Assembly: GCA_041659945.1 (NCBI GenBank)
Contig: JBAZXH010000001.1
Location: 363,395-387,394, forward strand
From: Candidatus Pacearchaeota archaeon
GTDB lineage: Archaea; Nanobdellota; Nanobdellia; Pacearchaeales; GW2011-AR1
DNA length: 24,000 nucleotides
Direction: 5' to 3'
In this document: piece after piece, positions 1 to 7,733 of the stretch
Numbering within the stretch: the first letter of the stretch is position 1
Layout: each line of letters starts with the position of its first letter
Made by a program: the position numbers and the translations under genes
The notes under the pieces: generated by a model
What the model was told of the DNA's origin: nothing
Databases searched by the model: none
The model's input: the letters and a program-made list of their open reading frames with translations, nothing else

Positions 1-53
1 AACTTACAATTTGTCTAAATTTGATTCTTTCTATAAATTGGTGAGGGGGTAAG

Positions 54-725
54 ATGGCAACAAAGATAAGAATAACGTGTCCAACAAATTGGAATCCAAC
101 AACAATAGGTAAACCTACTTCATATTCATTAGTGGGGTTTTGTTCTGACGAACCAAAAGAAATACTTAAAAGAACATTTGGAGAATCCTTTGTTTGGGGT
201 TATAGAGATATTGGAATCTGTGAAGGTTCAATTATAGATGCAAGTTGGAATTGTAAAAAACCAGGTAAACCCTTTTCTACACTTGAAATAGCTATGGAAA
301 ATTTACCAAGAGGCATTAAAGTAGACCTGAATTATGATGATCTTATTAATGAACTGTGGAAACATAAAAAATTTCCTGCTGATTGTTTTAAAATTGATCA
401 TTCATTAGATTATTACTTGGGTCCTTGTTCAAAAATTACATATGAACCAGCTTCAGAAGATAATTTAAGAAGATGTGCAGTTTATCATCTCGCTTATAGA
501 CAGTATAGCTCATTAAAAACAGATTATTTTCATTTTCGTAAAAAGTTTAATTTTGAGGATCTTAAAGATCAAATAGCAGTTAATACAACTAACCATATTT
601 TGTCTTCAGAAGCAGAAGCAGAAATTTGCAAAGTAATTTTTAGAACAAGTTCATTAAAACCTGATGAATTGACAGATTATATTAAAAGAGAAGTTTTAAG
701 TGTAAGAAAGGCCTTTGGCCTTTAA
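54..725 (+). CDS. hypothetical protein (223 aa, Cys/Trp-containing ORFan)
   Basis: ATG-initiated long ORF. A strong SD-like GGTGAGGGGGT lies at 40-50, just upstream of the ATG at 54. I recognise no motif. It has 8 Cys and several Trp/His, unlike the Lys/Ile/Asn-rich core proteins of this window. Confidence 0.55.
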   Translation: MATKIRITCPTNWNPTTIGKPTSYSLVGFCSDEPKEILKRTFGESFVWGYRDIGICEGSIIDASWNCKKPGKPFSTLEIAMENLPRGIKVDLNYDDLINELWKHKKFPADCFKIDHSLDYYLGPCSKITYEPASEDNLRRCAVYHLAYRQYSSLKTDYFHFRKKFNFEDLKDQIAVNTTNHILSSEAEAEICKVIFRTSSLKPDELTDYIKREVLSVRKAFGL

Positions 726-734
726 TATACAAGC

Positions 735-1475
735 TTATTCTTTAGCAGTCTTCCAGAGTTGATTAAAATAATTTAAGAATGATTTGGTCATCTTTTCAGA
801 TTCTATCAATAAAGAAATATGATCATTTTCAGAAGGAATCAAAACCCAAATTTTCTTTTCATAAATCATTATTGATATTGGAATGTTAAACTGATCAGGC
901 AGGTATTTAATTTGAGTCATTGGTTGGTCTATTGCCTCTGAATTTCTCATTTGTTCTTTTGCAAGAATTATCCTTTTTATCTTTAAATTAATTCTTTTTC
1001 TTTGCCAACTCTCAAAATAATCAGGTAAAATCTTTTGGGTTATTGCCGAGTAACCCAGATAATAAATTTCTTTTTTTACATTAAGCATATCATTTAACAA
1101 AGTTTTTAGGCCCTCTTTTCCTTTATAAATTTCAGCTTTAAGTTCTTCTTGTTTAGATTGTTTTAAGCTTAAAAGAATTGGAATTAATTCCTGAATTTGA
1201 GTTTCTTGATTTTTAATTTTTTCTTCTTTTTCTTTAAGATAAGATAGTAACTTCTCTGGTTTTGATGCAAGAAAATGTTTCCTATTTGCCTTGATTATAT
1301 ATGAAACAAGACCTTTTTCAATTAATGACTCAAGAATATCATAGGTATTAGTCCTATAAATTCCTACTTTCTCAGCAATTTCTGAGGCCATAGCAGACTC
1401 TACTTTTGACAACTCAACAAAGACTTTAATTTCTGCATCTGTCAGTCCTATTTCCTTAAGTACATTAGTATTCAT
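735..1475 (-). CDS. TrmB-family transcriptional regulator
   Basis: The N-terminus MNTNVLKEIGLTDAEIKVFVELSKVESAMASEIAEKVGIYRTNTYDILESLIEKGLVSYI is the typical TrmB winged-helix. It is followed by a coiled-coil linker (EKEEKIKNQETQIQEL) and a C-terminal domain. It is divergent from the 1604-3115 operon. Confidence 0.85.
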   Translation of the reverse strand: MNTNVLKEIGLTDAEIKVFVELSKVESAMASEIAEKVGIYRTNTYDILESLIEKGLVSYIIKANRKHFLASKPEKLLSYLKEKEEKIKNQETQIQELIPILLSLKQSKQEELKAEIYKGKEGLKTLLNDMLNVKKEIYYLGYSAITQKILPDYFESWQRKRINLKIKRIILAKEQMRNSEAIDQPMTQIKYLPDQFNIPISIMIYEKKIWVLIPSENDHISLLIESEKMTKSFLNYFNQLWKTAKE

Positions 1476-1603
1476 AGAAAACGAACATTTTCTGAGGTTA
1501 TAAATCTTGTTATTGTAGTATTATAAGTATACAACAAAAACTTAAATATGGAGATTATTGATTCTTTTGTCAAAATATGATAGGATAACTGGAGAAACAT
1601 AAA

Positions 1604-2032
1604 ATGGAAATGTATGATTACCTAGACAGAAAGACAAAAAGAGTTAGGTGGATTAGTGCTACAGTTACAAGACACGATAAATCAGATGTAGACGAATTAA
1701 CTCATGATGATATTAAAAACTATGATGAAGTGGATTTTGCTAGCGAATTAGCAATTAAATGCCCAGTAGTCTCCAATAAGGGACTTGAATATTTATATCG
1801 TAAACTTTTTTTTGATTTGGGTGACATTCCAAGCGAACATTGTAAAGAAAGTCAATTTGATATAGGTTTTCACGAGTCAGGTGGTAAAATAACCTTAAGA
1901 GCTCGCAGAAGGGTGAAAGTAGAATATAGAGCAGGAGAAGGAGTTCCAACTGATCTTGGAAATATAGTCTGTTTTAAACCTCATTATGAAATAACAGATA
2001 GAGAGATAGTTCTAGAAGGTGAGAGAAAATGA
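1604..2032 (+). CDS. hypothetical protein (142 aa), first gene of ORFan operon
   Basis: ATG ORF with GGAG 9 nt upstream. Its stop overlaps the next start (ATGA at 2029-2032). No recognisable domain. Confidence 0.55.
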   Translation: MEMYDYLDRKTKRVRWISATVTRHDKSDVDELTHDDIKNYDEVDFASELAIKCPVVSNKGLEYLYRKLFFDLGDIPSEHCKESQFDIGFHESGGKITLRARRRVKVEYRAGEGVPTDLGNIVCFKPHYEITDREIVLEGERK

Positions 2033-2286
2033 AATGGCATATAAGCAGAATTACAACTTCCAATGTAGAATATTTAGTAAGGTATGAAAATACTTCTAAT
2101 TGTCATAATGCTATATGGTGTGAACCAACACTACATAACAAAGAGCATCATACTTGTGAGTTTGATCATTTAAGTGATGCAAAAGCTCAAAGAGATGAAA
2201 TTAAATCGTTTGAAAGAGAAATTTATGGTGGCACTTCTCATGAATTAAACAAGGCTTCTTATCAAGTTAGGCCTACAATATTTTGA
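2029..2286 (+). CDS. hypothetical small Cys/His-rich protein (85 aa)
   Basis: ATGA start/stop overlap with the upstream gene, with GGTGAG SD inside the upstream gene end. The segment CHNAIWC...HNKEHHTC offers possible metal ligands, which is inference only. Confidence 0.5.
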   Translation: MKWHISRITTSNVEYLVRYENTSNCHNAIWCEPTLHNKEHHTCEFDHLSDAKAQRDEIKSFEREIYGGTSHELNKASYQVRPTIF

Positions 2287-2297
2287 GGTAAAAGAAA

Positions 2298-2609
2298 ATG
2301 AGACTGACATTTTCAACAAAACAAATGTATGACACAGACCAAATAGATAGTATGCTTTCTATGTATGAAACATTGCTTGTTGGGCGTAAATGTCTAAAAG
2401 AAGTAGATGATGGTCAAGTTTTAGGTGAAGATTATGAATTTAAAGCAGATATTTTAGCTTATGAAGCCTTTAATGTGTCTCAAAGAAATGGATTAATCAG
2501 TACTGCTTCTGGTGGAAGGTTAATCGAAGAAGTTAGAGGACTAATAAGAAAGCTTTATCCAAAAATTGCAAGTAATGCTCAAAAAATGCAATTTTGGAAT
2601 CCAGATTAA
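2298..2609 (+). CDS. hypothetical protein (103 aa)
   Basis: ATG preceded by GAGGT (2285-2289), 11 nt after the previous stop. No recognisable domain. Confidence 0.5.
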   Translation: MRLTFSTKQMYDTDQIDSMLSMYETLLVGRKCLKEVDDGQVLGEDYEFKADILAYEAFNVSQRNGLISTASGGRLIEEVRGLIRKLYPKIASNAQKMQFWNPD

Positions 2610-2623
2610 TTTTGAATAATAAA

Positions 2624-3115
2624 ATGAAAACAAATAGAGAACTTATTGCTGTTGGGAAACAAGAATTTAAACAAAAAAAGAGTGAGAAAGGGATTTATTT
2701 TCCTGATGGAGATTTTGAATTATCTTATCTTGATGCTTTTACTGAATCTTTAGATGAAAGATATCCAGTCTATGCTACAATAAAGGGAGGGTGCATTCTT
2801 CAAAATTTACTTGTTGCTTTACCGGATTTCCTTTTTGAGAATATGTATACTGAAACTGATCTTGGTTGGATTCCCAAAAGAAGAACTGTTACTTTTGATG
2901 GACTTAACATTGGAAAACAGCCAATAAGCTGGTCATTAGCAAGGTATTTTTACATACCTAATATGAGGCACCATAAGAGACTGAGGACAGTTGAACAATT
3001 ATCTTTACCTCAACATGATAAAGAATTAGAAACCGTTCAACTATGGTTAACATATAGACCCTTTCCTATAAGAACAATTAAGAGGGAAGTAATAACTCAT
3101 AAAAGGATGGAGTAA
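2624..3115 (+). CDS. hypothetical protein (163 aa from ATG; ORF track starts at a TTG at 2594)
   Basis: The track ORF begins at TTG inside the previous gene. The first ATG (MKTNRELIAV) is at 2624, 15 nt after the upstream stop. No recognisable domain. Confidence 0.5.
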   Translation: MKTNRELIAVGKQEFKQKKSEKGIYFPDGDFELSYLDAFTESLDERYPVYATIKGGCILQNLLVALPDFLFENMYTETDLGWIPKRRTVTFDGLNIGKQPISWSLARYFYIPNMRHHKRLRTVEQLSLPQHDKELETVQLWLTYRPFPIRTIKREVITHKRME

Positions 3116-3331
3116 TTACCGTTAAAGGATCATTTTTTAATATAATCTAAAGTTTAGAGAGTTAAATAGCCATTTTATTCAGTGCACGTCTTTTCGGCAA
3201 GTACAAGTAATATATATACTACCTCTAAATAGAACTTATGGGAAAAAATCCGGTAGAGTGTAATTAATTGTTAAAATTCTCAATTAAATAGACGACCCGT
3301 ATGGTTTAATTAATTGCCCTGGTTAATCTTA

Positions 3332-4078
3332 CTATTTATTACCTGTACTCAAGGCTCTGCTAGTTTGTCCATGAATATATACTGTTCGATATAATGCCTT
3401 GACTCTATCTATATTAACTTTAAATGGTATTCCTACTTTCCATGCATGCTCTTGTGCATGTTCTAAATCTTGTTCAATCTCTGGCCAACGACCGCCTTTT
3501 AATGCTTTAACAAAAGCACTTTGAAAATATTCCTCTATTATTACATAATCTCCATCAGTATTACTTTTCTTATAACTTTCTTTTGCTTTTTCTTCAATTT
3601 CTCTAAAATTAAACCTTCTACTTGAATCATAAAGGTCTCTTTTTATTTGAATTTCTTCAGCATATCTTCTTGCTCTATCTAAGCTATCTTTAATATCTTT
3701 CCAAGAAAATCCTCTATTAATCTCATCAAACATATAGTAGCATAACATCCTCATATTCCCAGGACCTTTTTCTTTTATTGCATCATGCCAAAGACCCTTT
3801 AATCTATCCATAAGATTTTTGGATATTGGTCCATTTAGCCCTTCGGACTTACTTGCTATATCTAATCTATTCTGAAGAAAGTAAGATCCAGGACTACCAA
3901 AAAGAGTAGGTCCTTCCCAAGAATCTCCTCGCCATGCATCATAAAAAGCGCCTTGCAGAAAACCTCTAGCTAAACCTATATGCCCCTCATCTTCAACTAT
4001 CTTACGACCCTCTTCAAGTTGAGCATCTAATGTTTTTTTTGTATTTCTAGATTTTCTAGGCTTTTGTTCGTCTTTCAT
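3332..4078 (-). CDS. hypothetical protein with internal repeats (248 aa)
   Basis: Long ATG ORF. The protein contains repeated modules: FLQGAFYDAWRGDSW vs YFQSAFVKALKGGRW, and RGFSWKDIKDSLDRARRYAEE vs KGGRWPEIEQDLEHAQEHAWK. No family recognised. Confidence 0.6.
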   Translation of the reverse strand: MKDEQKPRKSRNTKKTLDAQLEEGRKIVEDEGHIGLARGFLQGAFYDAWRGDSWEGPTLFGSPGSYFLQNRLDIASKSEGLNGPISKNLMDRLKGLWHDAIKEKGPGNMRMLCYYMFDEINRGFSWKDIKDSLDRARRYAEEIQIKRDLYDSSRRFNFREIEEKAKESYKKSNTDGDYVIIEEYFQSAFVKALKGGRWPEIEQDLEHAQEHAWKVGIPFKVNIDRVKALYRTVYIHGQTSRALSTGNK

Positions 4079-4190
4079 TTTGTGACCTTTTAGTTATAAT
4101 TATCGTGTATATTAATGATATATAAAGGCTTTTAATTATAAGCATACTAAAAACGTAAGGTTTATATATTAAATACGGTTTAGTTCCGTT

Positions 4191-5159
4191 ATGAATACAA
4201 GAATAGACTTAAAGGATAGAAAGATACTATTTGAATTAAATATAAATTCTCGCCAGTCTAATGAGAAAATTGCTAGGAAAGTGGGTTTATCAAAACAAGC
4301 AGTGGCGGTAAGAATTAAGAAATTACAGGATGAAGAAATAATTGATTATTTTTTTGTGAAATTAAATCCAACTATTCTTGGATTTATGCATATTAAAATA
4401 TACTTGAAACTCTATAATCTAACACCCAATAAAGAAAAGGAGTTAATTAACGACTTAAATCAACAAAAGGGAGTATTTTGGTTATGTTCATTAAGAGGCA
4501 AATATGATTTAGTAGTCTCTGTTTACGCAAAAAGTATATCTGATTTTAGTAAACATTATGATAAATTGTTTGATAAATGGAGGGAGTATATATTAGAAAG
4601 AAATGTCTTTTTACTCGAAGAAGCTTATACTTATTCAAAAGCTTATTTATTGCCAAAAAAAGAGCCAGAAGAGTTTGTATATAGCAGTGGAAAAGAAGAA
4701 AAAATCTCTCTTGATACATTAGATCAAAAATTACTTTCAATTCTTAATAAAAATGCTAGACACCCTTTAATTGATATTGCAATAAAATTAGATGTTAGTC
4801 CAGATACTGTTAGTTACCGCATTAAAAATCTTCAAAAAAAAGGAGTTATTGTGGGTTTTGACACAAAAATTAATTTTGCTAATATTAATGAAAATTTCTA
4901 TATTGTTTCAATAAAACTACAGCGCATGGATAAAAAAAAGTATGATGAGTTAAAAGGATTTTTAAAGAATAATAAGAATGTTATTACTTTTATTAAAATT
5001 ATTAGTGATTTTGATATTGAATTAGAAGTTGAAGTTTTAGAGAGAAAGGACTTTGATGATTTACTTACATCATTAAGAGAAAGATTTCCTTTAGAAGTCA
5101 AAGATTATGAAATACTTGAAGTTACAAAGGAACATAGGATCACTTACTTTCCATTTTAA
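4191..5159 (+). CDS. Lrp/AsnC-family transcriptional regulator, tandem (two HTH + two effector-like halves)
   Basis: Two Lrp/AsnC-type HTH segments are present: DLKDRKILFELNINSRQSNEKIARKVGLSKQAVAVRIKKLQDEEII and LDQKLLSILNKNARHPLIDIAIKLDVSPDTVSYRIKNLQKKGVI. Each is followed by a ~80-aa alpha/beta-like region. Confidence 0.8.
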   Translation: MNTRIDLKDRKILFELNINSRQSNEKIARKVGLSKQAVAVRIKKLQDEEIIDYFFVKLNPTILGFMHIKIYLKLYNLTPNKEKELINDLNQQKGVFWLCSLRGKYDLVVSVYAKSISDFSKHYDKLFDKWREYILERNVFLLEEAYTYSKAYLLPKKEPEEFVYSSGKEEKISLDTLDQKLLSILNKNARHPLIDIAIKLDVSPDTVSYRIKNLQKKGVIVGFDTKINFANINENFYIVSIKLQRMDKKKYDELKGFLKNNKNVITFIKIISDFDIELEVEVLERKDFDDLLTSLRERFPLEVKDYEILEVTKEHRITYFPF

Positions 5160-5214
5160 AGCCAAAAGAGAGTATTATAACAATTTTTAAAAAGAGGTGA
5201 GATGTAGATAATGT

Positions 5215-5496
5215 ATGTCATATGCATCTGATGTAGACTTAGACCAGCAAAGAGAAGAAGCTGAGGAGTTCTTTAGAGAGTGGCAAGAGGCAAATGCTTC
5301 TAGAGAGTCTTCTAGGCTAACTGTTATTGATGAGTCTGGTTTGGAATGTAATGCAAGCGATTATCCTGAGGGGCATATTGTTGGATGTAGATCAGGAGGA
5401 GTTCAGTTTCATTATCGTGCTTCAGTTCTTGATGGTAGAAAATACTGGGCATTAAGCAGTACTTTAAAACCTGAAGAGCCTAGAGGATTAAATTAG
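5215..5496 (+). CDS. hypothetical protein (93 aa, acidic N-terminus)
   Basis: ATG ORF with GAGGTGA SD about 13 nt upstream. No recognisable domain. It is followed immediately by direct-repeat copy 1. Confidence 0.5.
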   Translation: MSYASDVDLDQQREEAEEFFREWQEANASRESSRLTVIDESGLECNASDYPEGHIVGCRSGGVQFHYRASVLDGRKYWALSSTLKPEEPRGLN

Positions 5497-5499
5497 TCC

Positions 5500-5556
5500 C
5501 AAAGCCATTAAGTTTTATCTCGCATTAGGGTGGGGGGATGGATTTTCATTAATTTT
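5500..5556. repeat. direct repeat copy 1 (core CAAAGCCATTAAGTTTTATCTCGCATTAGGGTGGGGGGAT)
   Basis: The core 5500-5539 matches 6294-6333 at 39/40 positions. The next ~15 nt (ATT..CATT.AATT) align with small indels. It starts 4 nt after the stop of 5215-5496. Confidence 0.9.
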
Positions 5557-5606
5557 TAGTAATAACAATTACAAAGGTTTAAAAGGAGAAGGATTATACC
5601 AAAATT

Positions 5607-6284
5607 ATGACAGATAAATTAGTTTATGATGTACATGATTCAAAGGGAAGAAATATTTCAGCTTATGTAGAAGCACCATTTGATACTGGAAAGTCTGTTT
5701 TAGAAGTTGTAGGACATGAGGTAATTGATCTTCCTGAAAATGCAAGGCTTAGAATTCAAGAAGGAGAGTATAAAGAAGATAAAGATATATTAGGGTATGG
5801 AAATTGGACAAGAGAAGGATTTATTTATTCTCCTAAACAAAATTTTGTTTTTTTTACAAAATGCTCACCAGTAATTGAGAATTCTACTGAAGCAACACAA
5901 GCTCATAAAGAAGTAAAGGAGTTTTATCCAACAGCAGAACAAATTGAAAGAGCAATTGACCCTTCAGTTTGTTTTAAAGTGCCTTATGGTCAAAAGCCGA
6001 TTCCAACAAATAGATTTGGAGAAGATCCTCTAACAGTATTTGCATTTGAGGATTGGGCAGAGTCTTATGGTGAATTTTTAGCTAATTTAAAGTCACCAAC
6101 AATACCTTGGATGCCAGTTAGACTAGTTGTCAGGGCTTATGCTTCTGAACAACTAGGAGTATTTGCAAGACAAAATTGGCTTTATGGACTTGGAGGTAAT
6201 GGTATGTCTTGTCTTGATAGTTACTATAAAGGTCTTGACAGTTGTGATCGGGTTCGAGGGAAGTTGAGAGTTGATAAACATTAA
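5607..6284 (+). CDS. hypothetical protein (225 aa)
   Basis: ATG ORF with AGGAG SD about 15 nt upstream. No recognisable domain. The gene is bracketed by the two direct-repeat copies. Confidence 0.6.
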   Translation: MTDKLVYDVHDSKGRNISAYVEAPFDTGKSVLEVVGHEVIDLPENARLRIQEGEYKEDKDILGYGNWTREGFIYSPKQNFVFFTKCSPVIENSTEATQAHKEVKEFYPTAEQIERAIDPSVCFKVPYGQKPIPTNRFGEDPLTVFAFEDWAESYGEFLANLKSPTIPWMPVRLVVRAYASEQLGVFARQNWLYGLGGNGMSCLDSYYKGLDSCDRVRGKLRVDKH

Positions 6285-6293
6285 AAATTGTTT

Positions 6294-6347
6294 CAAAACC
6301 ATTAAGTTTTATCTCGCATTAGGGTGGGGGGATATTCATTTAATTAT
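6294..6347. repeat. direct repeat copy 2
   Basis: See copy 1. It starts 10 nt after the stop of 5607-6284 and ends at the stop codon of the convergent relE-like gene (6344-6346). Confidence 0.9.
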
Positions 6348-6595
6348 TCATAGACATTCTTTCTATGGCCTAACTTAAGAACTAAAATAATTAATTCTTC
6401 ATGTTTAATCTGATAAATTGCTCTATAATCTCCAAATCTTAAACTCCAAAGTCCCGCAAGATTTGTGGTTAATGGTTTTCCTAGTTCAGGATTTTTTTCT
6501 AATTCATTAAATTTTTTTACTATTCTTTCCTGTTCAACTCTTTCTAATTTTCTAAAAAAATTCTCTGGATTTTTTTCAAGTATTATTTTATGCAT
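6344..6595 (-). CDS. relE: type II toxin, RelE/ParE family
   Basis: The 83-aa protein has the typical RelE/ParE C-terminal pattern LAGLWSLRFGDYRAIYQIKHEELIILVLKLGHRKNVYE. It lies 4 nt downstream of the antitoxin gene. Confidence 0.85.
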   Translation of the reverse strand: MHKIILEKNPENFFRKLERVEQERIVKKFNELEKNPELGKPLTTNLAGLWSLRFGDYRAIYQIKHEELIILVLKLGHRKNVYE

Positions 6596-6599
6596 AGGA

Positions 6600-6869
6600 C
6601 TAAGCTTCTAATTTGAGCTCTTTTTTAAGTTTAGAGAATTCTATGCCTCTACCTTGTTCATATTCTTCTAAAGCTTCAGCAATATCCCTCATAGTTTCAG
6701 GATCAGATAAAATTTCAATAGTTTCTATTAAACTGTCTCTATTAACATTTTGAGGAGAACAAGTGCTTAACATTCTTATTATTAAATCATTATAAGACTC
6801 TCTATAATGAACTTTTAATTTGTCAAGTTTATCTTTTACTTTTTCGTCAATTTGTATTGTTGTAACCAT
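6600..6869 (-). CDS. antitoxin (archaeal RelB-like)
   Basis: The 89-aa protein sits upstream of the toxin in the same operon. Its C-terminal ETIEILSDPETMRDIAEALEEYEQGRG is typical of RelB/Phd-type antitoxins. Its N-terminal TIQIDEKVKDKLDKLK...SYNDLIIRML resembles the other antitoxin at 13310. Confidence 0.75.
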   Translation of the reverse strand: MVTTIQIDEKVKDKLDKLKVHYRESYNDLIIRMLSTCSPQNVNRDSLIETIEILSDPETMRDIAEALEEYEQGRGIEFSKLKKELKLEA

Positions 6870-6956
6870 AGTGTTCTATAACTATCTATAGTTTATAAAT
6901 GTTTTGTTCTAATTCTGTTCCAAAAGACATTAGTTTTTCTCACTTTAAGGTAGGAG

Positions 6957-7622
6957 ATGTTTTTTTATTACAATAATTCTTATAAATATCAAATTCAGTC
7001 TCTTTTGATGAATAGAGAAGACGTAATGACTGTTAGTCCTGAAGAAGCAATAGCAATTATTCGAGGAGATGATTTAATGACAACTTTACTTCGTGTTTCT
7101 GATGTTGGGCACCGTACACTTTGTACTGTAGAATCAGCGAAGGGTGACTTTTTAGGCGTTTTTGGAGGAGAGGTTTATCGAGATAGGCATGTAGAAGTAG
7201 TACATTATTCCGATCATGGGATGGACTCTGATGAAGGTTATTGGGTTTATGATAAAGATAGAGATTTGGTTGTTTTTCATGCTAAAGAATTAGATCTTGC
7301 TCCTAAAACGGTTTTTGATGAAACGAGAAAGAGACATGTATTCAGACCAACAATAATACCTCAACCGGCTAAAAATAGATTTACTTGGGAATCTGGAATT
7401 GATAGTGAACATACTAATACTTTTATTGGAGATCGGAGCAAACCTCTTTATTTTGATATGCCTGTAATATGGTATGAACTTTTAGCATTTCAACCTGGAG
7501 ATTGGCAACAACATATTAAACTTATCGAGAGAGAAGTAGGATATGTGAAAGACGGTGAGGATTTTCTAGGACCAAGAGAGATTAACAAAAGGTTTGATGC
7601 TAATTGTTTTGTTCATGCATAA
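6957..7622 (+). CDS. hypothetical protein (221 aa; start uncertain)
   Basis: Long ORF. The ATG at 6957 abuts AAGGTAGGAG, and in-frame alternative ATGs lie at 7008 and 7026. No recognisable domain. Confidence 0.55.
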   Translation: MFFYYNNSYKYQIQSLLMNREDVMTVSPEEAIAIIRGDDLMTTLLRVSDVGHRTLCTVESAKGDFLGVFGGEVYRDRHVEVVHYSDHGMDSDEGYWVYDKDRDLVVFHAKELDLAPKTVFDETRKRHVFRPTIIPQPAKNRFTWESGIDSEHTNTFIGDRSKPLYFDMPVIWYELLAFQPGDWQQHIKLIEREVGYVKDGEDFLGPREINKRFDANCFVHA

Positions 7623-7733
7623 AAATAAAACAATTAGGTTGATTATTTCCTTATTTTTGCGTGCTTTTTATCGAATTTGGGTAGTTAATTTTCTATTCAT
7701 AACGTTTTTATATTGATTAAGCCACTTTAAGAT

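Noticed and set aside
2594-2623. TTG start for the fourth operon gene, and the GTG start at 9974 for the MscS gene
   Set aside because: Both alternative starts lie inside the previous gene or inside the SD itself. Nearby ATGs (2624 and 9968) have better context.
5528-5552. G-quadruplex, or a super-SD driving a mini-ORF (ATGGATTTTCATTAA)
   Set aside because: Only two G-runs are present, which is too few for an intramolecular G4. The 4-codon ORF exists only in copy 1 and is absent from copy 2.
5500-6347. Integron-like attC sites after consecutive cassettes
   Set aside because: The gene-plus-repeat layout is reminiscent of cassette arrays. However, the repeat lacks the imperfect inverted-repeat (R''-L''/L'-R') architecture and GTTRRRY core of attC sites, and no integrase is nearby.
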